Notes: generated by a model from the sequence alone, not told the origin. Counted from the first letter of the stretch, positions 1-10,473 are shown. The stretch is DNA of 45,568 bases from Myxococcota bacterium (GCA_963676915.2 CAXXVK010000007.1:1-45568), one strand, 5' to 3'. Numbers and translations: made by a program.

Positions 1-322
1 AATAGCACAGGAATGTTACGGGTGTAGACGAGATCCGCCCGGCGGGCCGTTTTCGTGGCGAGAGCTGCCACGGCATGCGCCGCTTTTTCGATCCCCCGGA
101 TCGAAGGGTACAGACTATGAACCGTTTCGATGCGAAACGTCGGTTCGACTTCATAGTACGAACAGATGGTTTCCCGTCGGCCGGGGAACGAAAATTGCGA
201 ACAGGTGCAAGCAAGGTTAGTTCAGCTCCCGCATTTCCCAACGCCGATACCATATTCAGAATTTGCTCGGTGTCCGTGGCGTTTTGCGGAAGAATCTGGT
301 CGGTAACGTAAGCGATATTCAT
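1..322 (-). CDS. Glycosyltransferase family 4 (GT-B), N-terminal part; runs off the window edge; frameshift near 175
   Basis: Hand translation from ATG at 322 gives MNIAYVTDQILPQNATDTEQILNMVSALGNAGAELTLLAP. After a 1-nt shift it continues RETICSYYEVEPTF...ADLVYTRNIPVL. This is a typical GT4 N-terminal pattern. Not in the ORF track. Confidence 0.65.
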   Translation of the reverse strand, partial: MNIAYVTDQILPQNATDTEQILNMVSALGNAGAELTLLAPVRNFRSPADGKPSVRTMKSNRRFASKRFIVCTLRSGGSKKRRMPWQLSPRKRPAGRISSTPVTFLCY

Positions 323-413
323 CGTTCCGGCTTTCGTGGGTTCAACAACCCGGTGACAAGAAATTCATGGAACGGGAACCCCCGGGATTTATTAGAGATT
401 CCAAGACTTTTTC

Positions 414-477
414 AGGTCGGATGGTTCTGCATCCGACGCGAGTTAAAAAATGTCGGGTGAAGATTCACCCGACTTGC
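414..477. repeat. REP-like hairpin doublet
   Basis: GTCGGATG-gttctg-CATCCGAC and GTCGGGTGAA-ga-TTCACCCGAC; the same family recurs at 9116-9135 and 29045-29303. Confidence 0.55.
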
Positions 478-537
478 CTTAGAAACCGATGTCAGCGGTT
501 CAATTTCAATTTCAGTTTCAGTCCATGCAGGAACGGC

Positions 538-1285
538 CTAGACCTCTCCTTTCAGGCGGCGTTCGGCGTGTTCCAGCATTCGGGCGTATCGACATCCTGC
601 CAGAACGCATCGCCGATATCGAGCACGGTCATGGTTCCGCTTCGGGTCAGCGCCTGTACGCCGTCGGAGAGAGAAACGTCTCCTTTGGCTTGGTATACGT
701 CGTCCAATGCCTGCATCAAACCCGGGGTGCAGACAAATACACCGGTGTCTATGCAGTTGTAATTACTTATCGTTTTTCCGATTTCGACAATACGGCCGTC
801 TTCTTCACGAACCTTGGTGGCGTCGTCCATGTCGAAAATGCCGCCGATGTTGTAATCGACCAGCAGGGTTGCTCCACCCGATGGAGGGCGATGCTGCCCG
901 GCCGCCTGCATCATGGCATCGTCCAGGACGTGATCCGCCATGGTAAGAAGGAACGTCCTCGTTTTCTACGATAGGTTTCGCGCTTAGCACGGACAAACCG
1001 TTGGCCAGATCGAACTTGGAATTGAGAGCGAAGACGATTTCCAACGGACCGTCGTAGGCTTCTTCGATGGCGTTACGGATGCGTTCGGCCTGGAAACCGA
1101 GCACCACGACTACCTTGCGGCACCCCGCTTTTTCCAAGCTGGCCAGCGTTCGCAGAATCACCGGTTTACCCAGCACCGGAATCAGCGGTTTGGGCAGGGC
1201 ATTTTCGAGGTTCCCACCCAAACGTGATCCGAATCCGGCGGCCAGTACCACTCCCATGCTGGGAGCGGGGCGCGTTCTCCTGCAT
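538..1285 (-). CDS. NTP transferase, CTP:inositol-1-phosphate cytidylyltransferase (IPCT)-like; frameshifted in this sequence
   Basis: GVVLAAGFGSRL..PKPL motif (ORF 805-1257); FLLTMADH..DATKV..IDTGVF..WQDVDTPE (ORF 552-941). Single-base corrections near 957 and 580 (and possibly near 1268) give MQENAPAPSMGVV...DVDTPEMLEHAERRLKGEV*. Lies directly downstream of ino1. Confidence 0.75.
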
Positions 1286-1288
1286 GGT

Positions 1289-2587
1289 TTACTCCGTGAA
1301 ACTTTCGTCGAGGTGGTGAACCAACTCTTCGCCCAACATTTTGCGCAACGTGTTTTTCAGGCGAATGTGCTGGATGAACAGGTCGTTTTCCTGTACGTGG
1401 CCCGGCGCAACGTGGGGGCTTTTGAAGAAGAACGACAACCACTCCTGAATGCCTTTTTCTCCGGCACGATGGGCGAAGTCCAAAAACAGCGCGATGTCCA
1501 GAACCACCGGAGCGGCGAGGATCGAATCCCGGCAGAGGAAGTCGATCTTGATCTGCATCGGGTATTCCAGCCAGCCAAAGATGTCGATGTTGTCCCAGCC
1601 CTCTTTCGCGTCGCCACGCGGCGGATAGTAGTTGATCCGGACTTTGTGGTACAGATCGCCGTACAGTTCCGGGTACAGGTCTTTTTGCAGAATGTCGAGG
1701 ACACCGGACTTGGTGACTTCCTTGGCTTTGAAGCTGTCGGGATCGTCTAGCACTTCGCCGTCGCGGTTCCCCAGGATGTTGGTCGAGAACCAGCCTCGGA
1801 TTCCGAGCATCCGGGCTTTCATACCGGGAGCCAGGATGGTTTTCATCAAGGTCTGTCCGGTTTTGAAGTCTTTGCCTGCGATGGGCAGGTGTTTTTCCAT
1901 CGCCAGGGCTTCCATGGCCGGGGAGTCGGCGGAGAGGTTCGGCGCGCCGTTGGCGTAGGGAACGCCTTCCATCAGGGCAGCGTAAGCATAAAGCTGCGAG
2001 GGAGCGATCGCCGGATCGTTTTCCTTCAGACCTTTTTCGAAGGTCGCGATATCTTTGTGACAGGCGTCCGGCCTGAGATAGATTTCCGTCGAGCCACACC
2101 AGACCATCACGGCCCGGTCCGCACCGGTTTCCGCGATTTTGTCGCGGATATCTTTGCGAAGCGCTTGCGCCAGGTCGTATTTGTTGGTGATGTTTTTCAC
2201 GTTGGGACCATCAAGGTTTTTCACGTAGTCACGCGAAAAAGCGGCGGGCATCGGCTTGATGGTTTCCAGAAAATCCTTAATGGGATCAAGGGTTTCCGGT
2301 CGCAGCACCTTGGCGTTGGCGGCGGATTCGTACACGTTGTCGCCTTTGACATCCCATCCCGCGAATACGAGATCGTCCAACGGGGCGATGTCCACAACGT
2401 CGCGGATGAAGGGGTTGCGGTCTTCCGAGCGCTTACCCAAGCGAATGGTCTGCATTTGAGACACCGAACCGATCGGTTTTCCCAAACCACGGCGAACGGA
2501 TTCCACACCTGCGATAAACGTGGTGGCGACAGCGCCCATGCCGGGAGTGAGAACCAATAGTTTTCCTTGGTGCTTTTTGATTTCCAT
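1289..2587 (-). CDS. ino1: myo-inositol-1-phosphate synthase
   Basis: GMGAVATT, VWCGSTE, ANGAPN, GKDFKTGQT, STNILGNRDG, YYPPRGDAK, CRDSILAAP motifs. Confidence 0.95.
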   Translation of the reverse strand: MEIKKHQGKLLVLTPGMGAVATTFIAGVESVRRGLGKPIGSVSQMQTIRLGKRSEDRNPFIRDVVDIAPLDDLVFAGWDVKGDNVYESAANAKVLRPETLDPIKDFLETIKPMPAAFSRDYVKNLDGPNVKNITNKYDLAQALRKDIRDKIAETGADRAVMVWCGSTEIYLRPDACHKDIATFEKGLKENDPAIAPSQLYAYAALMEGVPYANGAPNLSADSPAMEALAMEKHLPIAGKDFKTGQTLMKTILAPGMKARMLGIRGWFSTNILGNRDGEVLDDPDSFKAKEVTKSGVLDILQKDLYPELYGDLYHKVRINYYPPRGDAKEGWDNIDIFGWLEYPMQIKIDFLCRDSILAAPVVLDIALFLDFAHRAGEKGIQEWLSFFFKSPHVAPGHVQENDLFIQHIRLKNTLRKMLGEELVHHLDESFTE

Positions 2588-3247
2588 ATTCTTTGTCCTT
2601 TGGGGTTGAATCGTTGACTATATTTCGTAAAAATCCACAGGTTGCCGGAAAAATCCTTTACCCACTATTGATTTTCATCGTGCCTCCAAGCCGAACGGTT
2701 ATTTCGAAACATCGTTCATTAGTGGCGAAATATTCCGATGCCTTGGAAAAAAAACGAGAAAAGTCGGAACTTTCGTCAAAAACCGTTTCGAAATGCGATT
2801 CGGCTATCCAAACCGGCGGCCTGGGTCGGTTGGAAGAACGGACCATGAATCGAGAACGTAACGCTACCTTCTCATAGCAAATTATGGACCTTTTTCCAAC
2901 ACATTATAGTAGAAATATAGTTGCCGATCCTCCTTGGACGATGGTTTCGTACCCTTCCCGAAAACCGGAGGTTCCCAAACGAATGCCTGGAAACAGCCGC
3001 CGGTTTCGAACGATCTTGCAACAAAGACACGATCGTCTCACTTCAATTCGTATCGGTGGATGGAAGAGCAGAAAATGTGCCAAAGATAAAGACACCGAAA
3101 AAAGCGCATTTGCAGGATATAAAGGCAGATTTCTGCTAAATATAACAGTCACAACTGTGGCTTTTAACAGTTGTCTGTTATATGATACAGTAGCGTGCTA
3201 TTTTGGAGAGATGTGCTCCTAATGGGGCTTTTGCAGTTGCTTTCGAT

Positions 3248-3454
3248 TCAGGCCAGGCGAGATTTCAACTCCGAAATGTTTTTCTCGAACCGCTCGATTT
3301 CCAGATCCAGCCGACTCAACTCGCTGGCGCTGATGTGTGCCCCGCTCAGTTTTCCCATAAAATCCCGTTCATGACGGGCGTCTTCAAGCTTTTTCTCCGT
3401 GCGGTTCAATTCTTCTTTCAACTCATCAAGGCTCATGTTGTGGTAAAAGGCCAT
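3248..3454 (-). CDS. Small coiled-coil hypothetical protein (68 aa)
   Basis: AAGGAG RBS upstream of the ATG; heptad-like LDELKEELNRTEKKLE and LDLEIERFEKNISELKSRL. Confidence 0.7.
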   Translation of the reverse strand: MAFYHNMSLDELKEELNRTEKKLEDARHERDFMGKLSGAHISASELSRLDLEIERFEKNISELKSRLA

Positions 3455-3647
3455 GGTAGTCTCCTTTGATACGGGTGGTTATCAGTAGATATATATTACA
3501 AAATAAGAAGCTTTCTATGGACGTCAAGGATACTATGTCTATTTTGTCTATGGGTATTTTCATTTCGTTGAGACCTCTACGAAAAAGGGTGCATCACAAA
3601 ATGGTGCGAATTGGCCCAATAATATTGAACCATTCATTCATTTGGTT

Positions 3648-3742
3648 GTAGCGGCGAGGCGTAAGCCCGCTGAAAAGAGAGATTGGGGGCGTAAAAGCAA
3701 CTTTCAAAAGGCAAAAACGGCGGGCTTACGCCTCGCCGCTAC
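3648..3742. repeat. REPIN-like element: perfect 23-bp inverted repeat beginning GTAG
   Basis: GTAGCGGCGAGGCGTAAGCCCGC (3648-3670) and its exact reverse complement (3720-3742). Confidence 0.8.
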
Positions 3743-3877
3743 GAAAAAAGAGGATTTTAAAAAAGTCGCACTATTTTGTGATGCACCCTACGAAAAATGC
3801 CCGGCGTTTCAACTGTTTACTTCCGGGATAGGGCGTGCTAGAGAGAATTCCACGCCGTACGTTCGGCGAGGAGTCAT

Positions 3878-4810
3878 GTGGCTCCAAAGGAGGAAAAGGT
3901 GAGTTATCGTTCCGGATTCGTGGCGATCCTCGGACGCCCCAACGTGGGTAAGTCCACGCTCGTCAATGCCCTGGTAGGACAGAAGGTGGCGATCACTTCG
4001 CCGAAACCGCAGACCACGCGGCATCGGATTCTGGGCGTACGCCATATGGACGGCGGGCAGCTCGTATTGCTCGATACTCCCGGTTTTCACAAGGCCAAGG
4101 GCGGTCTGAACCGTGTAATGGTCGATGCTGCGCTAGGTGCGCTCGACGGTGCCGACCTTGTGTACATGATGCTCGAAGTCTCGCCGAAATTCCTCGAAAA
4201 ACCGGACATCGGTAAAGGCAACCGGATATTGCTCGATCTCGTCGACAAGGTCGGCTGTCCTGTGTTTGCGATTTTGAATAAAGTGGATCTGATCGACAAA
4301 AACCGCCTGCTGCCGTTTATCGAGCAGTTGCAGAAAGATTTCGATTTCACTCAGGTTATTCCGATCAGTGCTTTGGAAAACGATGGCGTGGACCTGCTGG
4401 CCGATCTCAGTATGCCTCACATGCCGGAAGGACCGGCGTATTTCGAGGACGATACTTACACCGACCGCACGTTACGTTTTCTCGTCGAAGAAATCGTGCG
4501 CGAAAAACTGTTCCAGGTTCTGGAACAGGAATTGCCTTATGCCGTGGCCGTGCAGGTGGAACAGTTCATCGAACCGACGGAAAACAAAAAGCTTTTCGAG
4601 ATTCGCGCCGCCATTCACGTCGAACGTGAAAGCCAGAAAGGCATCGTGATCGGCAAAGGCGGGCAAACCATTAAAACCGTGGGCAGCCGTGCCCGCGAAG
4701 ACATCCGCGACCTGCTCGGACGCGACGTGTTTTTAGGATTGCAGGTCAAACTATCCAGCGGATGGACCACCAACGAACGTCTCTTGAACAGTCTCGGGTA
4801 TTCCAAATGA
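3878..4810 (+). CDS. era: GTPase Era
   Basis: SGFVAILGRPNVGKST, KPQTTR, DTPG, NKVD, QKGIVIGKGG KH domain. Confidence 0.97.
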   Translation: MAPKEEKVSYRSGFVAILGRPNVGKSTLVNALVGQKVAITSPKPQTTRHRILGVRHMDGGQLVLLDTPGFHKAKGGLNRVMVDAALGALDGADLVYMMLEVSPKFLEKPDIGKGNRILLDLVDKVGCPVFAILNKVDLIDKNRLLPFIEQLQKDFDFTQVIPISALENDGVDLLADLSMPHMPEGPAYFEDDTYTDRTLRFLVEEIVREKLFQVLEQELPYAVAVQVEQFIEPTENKKLFEIRAAIHVERESQKGIVIGKGGQTIKTVGSRAREDIRDLLGRDVFLGLQVKLSSGWTTNERLLNSLGYSK

Positions 4811-6190
4811 CAACCAAACAACCGCCCGTTTCCATGGGTCCGAAAACCATTGCTATCGTGGGACGCCCCAACGTGGGTAAATCCACGCTATTCAACCGGC
4901 TTGTCGGCCAGCGCACGGCGCTTGTCGAAAACATACCCGGCGTGACCATCGACCGCCATTACGGAGAAGCGACGTTTTACGACTACACGTACACGATGAT
5001 CGACACCGGCGGTCTCGATCCCGACGCCGAGGGCGACATCAGCGTGGAAATGCGCAACCAGGCGCTATTGGCCATTGAAGAAGCCGACATCATTTTCCTG
5101 ATGTTCGACGGTCGCCAGCCGCCGACGAACCCCGACGAAGAAGTGGTGCAACTGATTCGACGTTCGGGCAAACCCTCTTATTATCTCGTCAATAAAATCG
5201 ATGGTCCCCCGCCACGAAGAGGGCGCATACGAGTACCACAACCTCGGTATCGGTCCGCTGTACTCGATTTCCGCCGAGCACGCCGCAGGTGTTTCGGATG
5301 TGCTGACCGACGTGGAAAACGACCACCCCAGTTTGCCCGCCGATCTGTCGGGACTACCCGAAAATACGTGCAAAGTCGCGGTGATCGGACGCCCCAACGC
5401 GGGCAAATCCACTTTCGTCAATCGTCTGTTGGGGCAAGAACGCCACGCTGTGACACCGGTGGCAGGGACCACTCGCGACGCTATCGACTCTTTGATTGAG
5501 CGAGAAGGCGATCGCCATTACCTGCTGATCGACACGGCGGGCATCCGTCGCCAGAAAAAAGTCGGTAAAAAAGGTCTGGAAAAGCTGACGGTCATCAAGG
5601 CGCTTAAAGCCATCGACCGTTCGGACGTGGCCGTGATTTTGTTCGACGCGGAGCGCGGCATTCACGAGCAGGATGTCAAGGTTGCGGGATTCGCTCACAA
5701 CAAGGGACGCGGCTGCATCATCGTTGTGAACAAATGGGACAAAATCGAAAAAGAAACGAACACGGCACGCGAATACGAGTTGGAAATCCGGGAAAAACTG
5801 AAGTTCATGCCTTATGCGCCGGTGGTGTTCATTTCGGCACTGACCGGCCAACGAGCCGAAAAAGTGCTTTCCATCGTCGATAACGTTCACGAACAGTGCA
5901 AGCGGCGCGTATCCACAGGCGAACTCAATCGCTGGCTGGAGCAATCGGTGGCCTATCAGCCTCCGCCGAACAAGGGCGGACATCCGCTGAGAATCTACTA
6001 TGCTTCCCAGGTAGCGGTACAGCCGCCGACGATCCTGTTGCACGTAAACTATAAGGATCGCTGGCATTTTTCCTACGAACGCTACCTTGTCAATCGCTTC
6101 AGGCAGACGTTCGGATTCGAAGGTACGCCCGTGCGCCTGTATCCTCGTCAGCGTAAGCGCAAGGATCTGCCACCCGGTGAAAGATCCTAG
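4807..6190 (+). CDS. der: Ribosome biogenesis GTPase Der (EngA); +1 frameshift in the C5 run at about 5206-5210
   Basis: Two G domains (GRPNVGKST..DTGG..NKID; GRPNAGKST..GTTRD..DTAG..NKWD) plus a KH-like tail (FGFEGTP). Removing one C joins ORFs 4762-5499 and 5201-6190 as NKIDGPRHEE. The ATG overlaps the era stop codon. Confidence 0.92.
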
Positions 6191-6208
6191 AAAAAACGGT
6201 TCCTTTGT

Positions 6209-7579
6209 ATGAACCCCGATAAAACGCATATCAATCTTACGGAATTGCCGTTGGCCCGTGCTATCGCCAAAATGGCGATTCCGTCGTCCCTGATGATGCT
6301 GGCCGAGTCGCTGTATCATATCGTCGATGCCTTCTGGGTCGGAAAACTCGGTGCGGAGCCGTTGGCCTCGGTGACCGCCGTATCCTTCGTGCTGTGGAGC
6401 TTGTTCTCCATCGGCGAAATCGGTGATGTCGCCTCCCAGACGCTGCTTGCTCAGGCGGTCGGAGCCGACAAAGTCGAGCGCGTCCGTAACCGCCTGCGCC
6501 ATTGCCTGGTGGTGGCGTTCGTTTCCGGGACGGCGTTGGCGGCGATCATGCTGCCATTGCGCGACTGGATTTTCTCTCTGGTTGGCCTGGAACCGGAGGT
6601 GGTGGCTTCGGCGTCCGAGTACGTTTTTCCCTGGTTTGTCAGTATGCCATTGATTTTTCTCGTCTTTCCCGTACTGGCGGCTTTTCGCGGGTTGGGTGAC
6701 ACCTCCACACCGCTACGATTGATGCTGGTGATGGTCGCGGTCAACGTCTGGCTCGATCCGCTGTTGATCTGGGGAGTGGGACCATTCGAAGGCTTGGGAG
6801 TGGCCGGAGCGGCCTGGGCTTCGGTGATCTGCCATGCGGTGGCATTGGTGCTTGGAGCCTGGCTACTGCATCGACGTGGATTCTTCCCGGACCTCACCCG
6901 GCGTTGGCGTGGCAATCTGCAACGAAAATGGTTCGGACGGATTCTCGCCGTAGGTCTGCCCATCGCTTCCAACGGAATGCTGTTCAGCATGATTTACGTA
7001 GGATTGACCAAGGTGATCAGCTCGTTCGGCTCGGCGTCGGTGGCGGCGATCGGATTGGGTCACCGGATCGAGTCCTTCCCCTACTTCGTAGCTGTGGGAT
7101 TCTCCATGGCGGCGACGACCCTGGCCGGGCAGTATATCGGGGCCGGAAAATTCGAGGACGCCGCCCGCGCCGTATGGAAAACCTGCCTGTACTGTTTCGT
7201 AGCGATCCTGCCTTTGGTGGCTGTGATGCTTTTCGCCATCGAACCTATCGTGCGGTTTTTTATCGATGATGCGGAAGTTGTAGCGATTTGTTCCGAATAT
7301 TTACGTATTGTCGGAGCCTGCTGGACCATCGGTTTTCTCGAAATCGTGCTGACCGGCGCATTTAGCGGCGTATCCAATTCATTACCCGCCCTCGTGATCT
7401 GCACGCCGTTGACGGCCCTGCGTATTCCTCTGGCCTACGTACTTGCCGTCAAGCTTGGCTGGGGACCGTCGGGGGTCTGGTGGGCGATTGCTTCGAGTTC
7501 CGTGCTCAAAGGATTGCTGATGGCTTTTTGGTTCTCCCGAAACCGCTGGATGAAAACCAGGGGATTCGAAACGGCGTGA
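6209..7579 (+). CDS. MATE family efflux transporter
   Basis: About 12 hydrophobic segments; AIP..YHIVDAFWVGKLG, FRGLGDTSTP, LDPLLI..GLGVAGAAWAS motifs. Confidence 0.92.
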   Translation: MNPDKTHINLTELPLARAIAKMAIPSSLMMLAESLYHIVDAFWVGKLGAEPLASVTAVSFVLWSLFSIGEIGDVASQTLLAQAVGADKVERVRNRLRHCLVVAFVSGTALAAIMLPLRDWIFSLVGLEPEVVASASEYVFPWFVSMPLIFLVFPVLAAFRGLGDTSTPLRLMLVMVAVNVWLDPLLIWGVGPFEGLGVAGAAWASVICHAVALVLGAWLLHRRGFFPDLTRRWRGNLQRKWFGRILAVGLPIASNGMLFSMIYVGLTKVISSFGSASVAAIGLGHRIESFPYFVAVGFSMAATTLAGQYIGAGKFEDAARAVWKTCLYCFVAILPLVAVMLFAIEPIVRFFIDDAEVVAICSEYLRIVGACWTIGFLEIVLTGAFSGVSNSLPALVICTPLTALRIPLAYVLAVKLGWGPSGVWWAIASSSVLKGLLMAFWFSRNRWMKTRGFETA

Positions 7580-7633
7580 AAACCCACGCCGCTGGCATAG
7601 TCAAGGAAGAACAGGTATTCGCGGGTTAGGCCG

Positions 7634-8998
7634 TTATTCCGCCCATTCGTCCAACGGACCGGCTATGCCGCGTACGGAAAAATCCCAGGGGGAAAACCAC
7701 ATCAGGTCGCCATCGGGGGTAATAAGCCAATCTTGCGGGGTTCCCAAAATGGCTTCAGAAGCAGGAGTTCCGTCAGGAGAAAGACCATATTGAGTAATCC
7801 GACCGGATTTTCCTGCTATTCTTTCATATACTCTGTTTTCCAGATCAATTTTATAGAACGTTTCCTGTTGATAAGAAAGAACATAGGTTGAATCTTTATA
7901 TTGCCACAGATTTCGACTATACATGCAGCAATCTCGAGAAAAGGGAAGCACTGATTCTTCACATTCTTCGTAAAGCAACCAATTTTTACAGCTATGATCT
8001 ATGTTCGCGTACAGAGAAGTAATGATGATATCATCGTTACTTTTACGCTCAAGAGATGCAAGTCTACCGCCGTAAAGAGCTAATCCATCTTGCCCTTTAA
8101 AAGGCACCATTATGGGGGGGATATAGTTTGTTTCGAAAGGATATTCCTGACATGATAATAAATAATCTTGATCCGAATTGCAATCTGTCTTCACAGGTGT
8201 AAATTTTTCCTCCACCAGATCAAATATTGCAAAACCAGTCTTCGTTCTTAAAAATAACGCCTCACTAGAATCTTGTCGGATCATTCCCAATATGTTCAGC
8301 TTGTCCAATGTATCTGCATGCGCATAAACATATCGAACGTTTTTCGATGAAAGATCATAAGATAATAATCCAATGAGATTGTAATCTGGATTGTAGTTAT
8401 AATAAGCACTTTTTCTAAAAGAAAAAATTAGTCTGTCCCCTATAAGTAACATGCTATAGATTCTTGCTGGATCTTCTGTCCATTCCCACATAGGCAGGTC
8501 TATATCAGGAAAGTCAATATAACCTACTATTTCAGATTTTTCTTCCGTTAAAGAATATAGTACGTAATCATGTTCTGGTTGCAAAAGGTTATAAATACCT
8601 GGATCTACAGCAAGAATCCGTTGGTTTTCTTCATCCCAAACCATAGGAAAATTTGTTTTTACATTGCGTGTAAAATGTTCGCGTGGAAAAAACCCCCAGG
8701 TAAACGTATGCCCGGTTTCCACCTCATCCCGCCATAAGGTTTTAGGGTATGCTCTACTGCTGCCTGTTGGTCTTTCACGTACCTCCTCTTCCTGCTCGAT
8801 CTCTTTTTCAACATCCGAAAGCTCCGATTCGGTATCCCCATCCGAGGCGATTCCGCAATCGTCAGAGCAACCAAGCACCCACCCCACGACAATCCACAAC
8901 AGGAAAACGTGTCGAATAGAAAGAAATTGTGCTGATTTGTTCCAATTCATACGCAATCTGATTCCACTTTTCATGGGGTTGTCATACGTCCTTATCAA
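7634..8998 (-). CDS. Hypothetical lipoprotein with AT-rich core and C-terminal NHL-like beta-propeller blade (true start probably a downstream ATG)
   Basis: Lipobox WVLG-C; acidic SDGD linker; C-terminal IAGK..SPDGTPASEAILGTP..TPDGDL resembles an NHL repeat. Confidence 0.7.
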   Translation of the reverse strand: MIRTYDNPMKSGIRLRMNWNKSAQFLSIRHVFLLWIVVGWVLGCSDDCGIASDGDTESELSDVEKEIEQEEEVRERPTGSSRAYPKTLWRDEVETGHTFTWGFFPREHFTRNVKTNFPMVWDEENQRILAVDPGIYNLLQPEHDYVLYSLTEEKSEIVGYIDFPDIDLPMWEWTEDPARIYSMLLIGDRLIFSFRKSAYYNYNPDYNLIGLLSYDLSSKNVRYVYAHADTLDKLNILGMIRQDSSEALFLRTKTGFAIFDLVEEKFTPVKTDCNSDQDYLLSCQEYPFETNYIPPIMVPFKGQDGLALYGGRLASLERKSNDDIIITSLYANIDHSCKNWLLYEECEESVLPFSRDCCMYSRNLWQYKDSTYVLSYQQETFYKIDLENRVYERIAGKSGRITQYGLSPDGTPASEAILGTPQDWLITPDGDLMWFSPWDFSVRGIAGPLDEWAE

Positions 8999-9264
8999 CC
9001 GTTCCGAACGTTAATGAATCTCGTTTTCGGAGTGACGAAATCGGGTTTTTCCGTTCAGCCTAATCGAATATCGATGGTGCTACGTTAACGGTGGGTCGAA
9101 TCGATGTCAAGCAAAGTGAAAATCACCCGACTTGCTAAATCACGCCCTATCTTGTGAGGTACCCAGACTACCGTTGCCACGGGCTGGACTTTCTTCCGTG
9201 ATTCTGCTAGCTTCACCCCAACGTACTTTCATCGATCCCTTTTGATAGAAATTCGAGGTACCCC

Positions 9265-10473
9265 ATGAAGGCCATTGCTTGGATCGCAGTCCTGTTTTTC
9301 ATTCTCCTGCCGGGTTGCGATCAGAAACCGTCCGGTGACTCCAAAGAAGCTCCGATTACCGGAGAAACCAAGGAAGAAGTCGCCAAGAAAATCGCCGAAA
9401 AGGCCCAGGAAGGCAGTGCGAAACCGGCGGAAGCCGGGAAAGAATCTCCCATTCCCGAGGAATTCTCTGCCGCGCATATTCTGATCTCGTTCAAAGGTGC
9501 GCAAAACGCCAAACCCGAGATTACCCGCACCAAGGAAGAAGCCCTGAAGCGCGCCGAGGAAGTGGTGAAAAAAGCCAAAGCCGATCCGGAATCTTTCGGC
9601 AAACTGGCGGCGGAATACTCCGACGGTCCCACCGCACAACGTGGTGGAAATCTTGGCGTATGGACCAAAGGTCGCATGGTTCCCGAGTTCGATACTGCCG
9701 TTTCCGGCATGAAAGTGGGTGATATTTCCGCGCCGGTCGAAACGATGTTCGGTTATCACGTAATTCGTCGCAACGCTCTTCCCCCGAAACTGAAGCTTGC
9801 GGCTCGTCACCTGCTCGTGGCCTGGAGCGGCGCACGAGGTGCGAAGCCCGAGGTCGCCCGAACCAAAGAAGAAGCCTTGAAGCGCGCCACCGATCTACGT
9901 GCGAAAATGGTTGCCAATCCCAAAGGAATCGACGCCCTGATCAAGGCCGAATCGGATGGCTTCCGGGCCTCTGTCGGCGGGGAATTGGGCATTTGGATGG
10001 CTGGGCGCGGGCAGCATCCCGCCATTGACAAGGCCGTGCAGGATCTGGAAATCGATGGCATTTCCCAACCCATCGACACGCAATACGGCTATCACCTGAT
10101 TCAGCGCATCGTTCCGGTCGAGCCGCCGCAGTTCGCTGGAAGTCACATTCTTATTGCCTACAAAGACGCTCGCCGAGCACAACCGGATGTGACCCGTACC
10201 AAGGATGAAGCTTTGAAACTGGCCAAGGAAGTTCTGGGAAAACTCAAAAAGAATCCTGAAAAATTCGCCGAGATGGCCAAAGAGTATTCCAACGATCCTT
10301 CTGCCAAAGCTCGCGGTGGAAGCCTGGGTGTCTGGACGAAAGGCCGGATGATCCCCGAGTTCGACGAAGCGGTGGAAAAACTGAAAGTCGATGAGATTTC
10401 GGATGTTGTGGAAACTGCCTTCGGCTACCACATCATCAAAAGAGAAAAAGTTCCCGAGACTCCCGCCCAATAA
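9265..10473 (+). CDS. Lipoprotein parvulin-type peptidyl-prolyl isomerase with three rotamase domains
   Basis: Lipobox LLPG-C; three repeats of HIL(I/V)..RTK(E/D)EA..GG.LG.W..GYH(V/L/I)I. Confidence 0.92.
   Translation: MKAIAWIAVLFFILLPGCDQKPSGDSKEAPITGETKEEVAKKIAEKAQEGSAKPAEAGKESPIPEEFSAAHILISFKGAQNAKPEITRTKEEALKRAEEVVKKAKADPESFGKLAAEYSDGPTAQRGGNLGVWTKGRMVPEFDTAVSGMKVGDISAPVETMFGYHVIRRNALPPKLKLAARHLLVAWSGARGAKPEVARTKEEALKRATDLRAKMVANPKGIDALIKAESDGFRASVGGELGIWMAGRGQHPAIDKAVQDLEIDGISQPIDTQYGYHLIQRIVPVEPPQFAGSHILIAYKDARRAQPDVTRTKDEALKLAKEVLGKLKKNPEKFAEMAKEYSNDPSAKARGGSLGVWTKGRMIPEFDEAVEKLKVDEISDVVETAFGYHIIKREKVPETPAQ

Noticed and set aside
3140-3183. attC or dif site
   Set aside because: Too short for attC with non-canonical boxes, and no match to the XerC/XerD dif consensus.
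5201-5215. Programmed frameshift in der
   Set aside because: No such mechanism is known for der, and similar 1-nt indels occur in several unrelated genes, so error is more likely.
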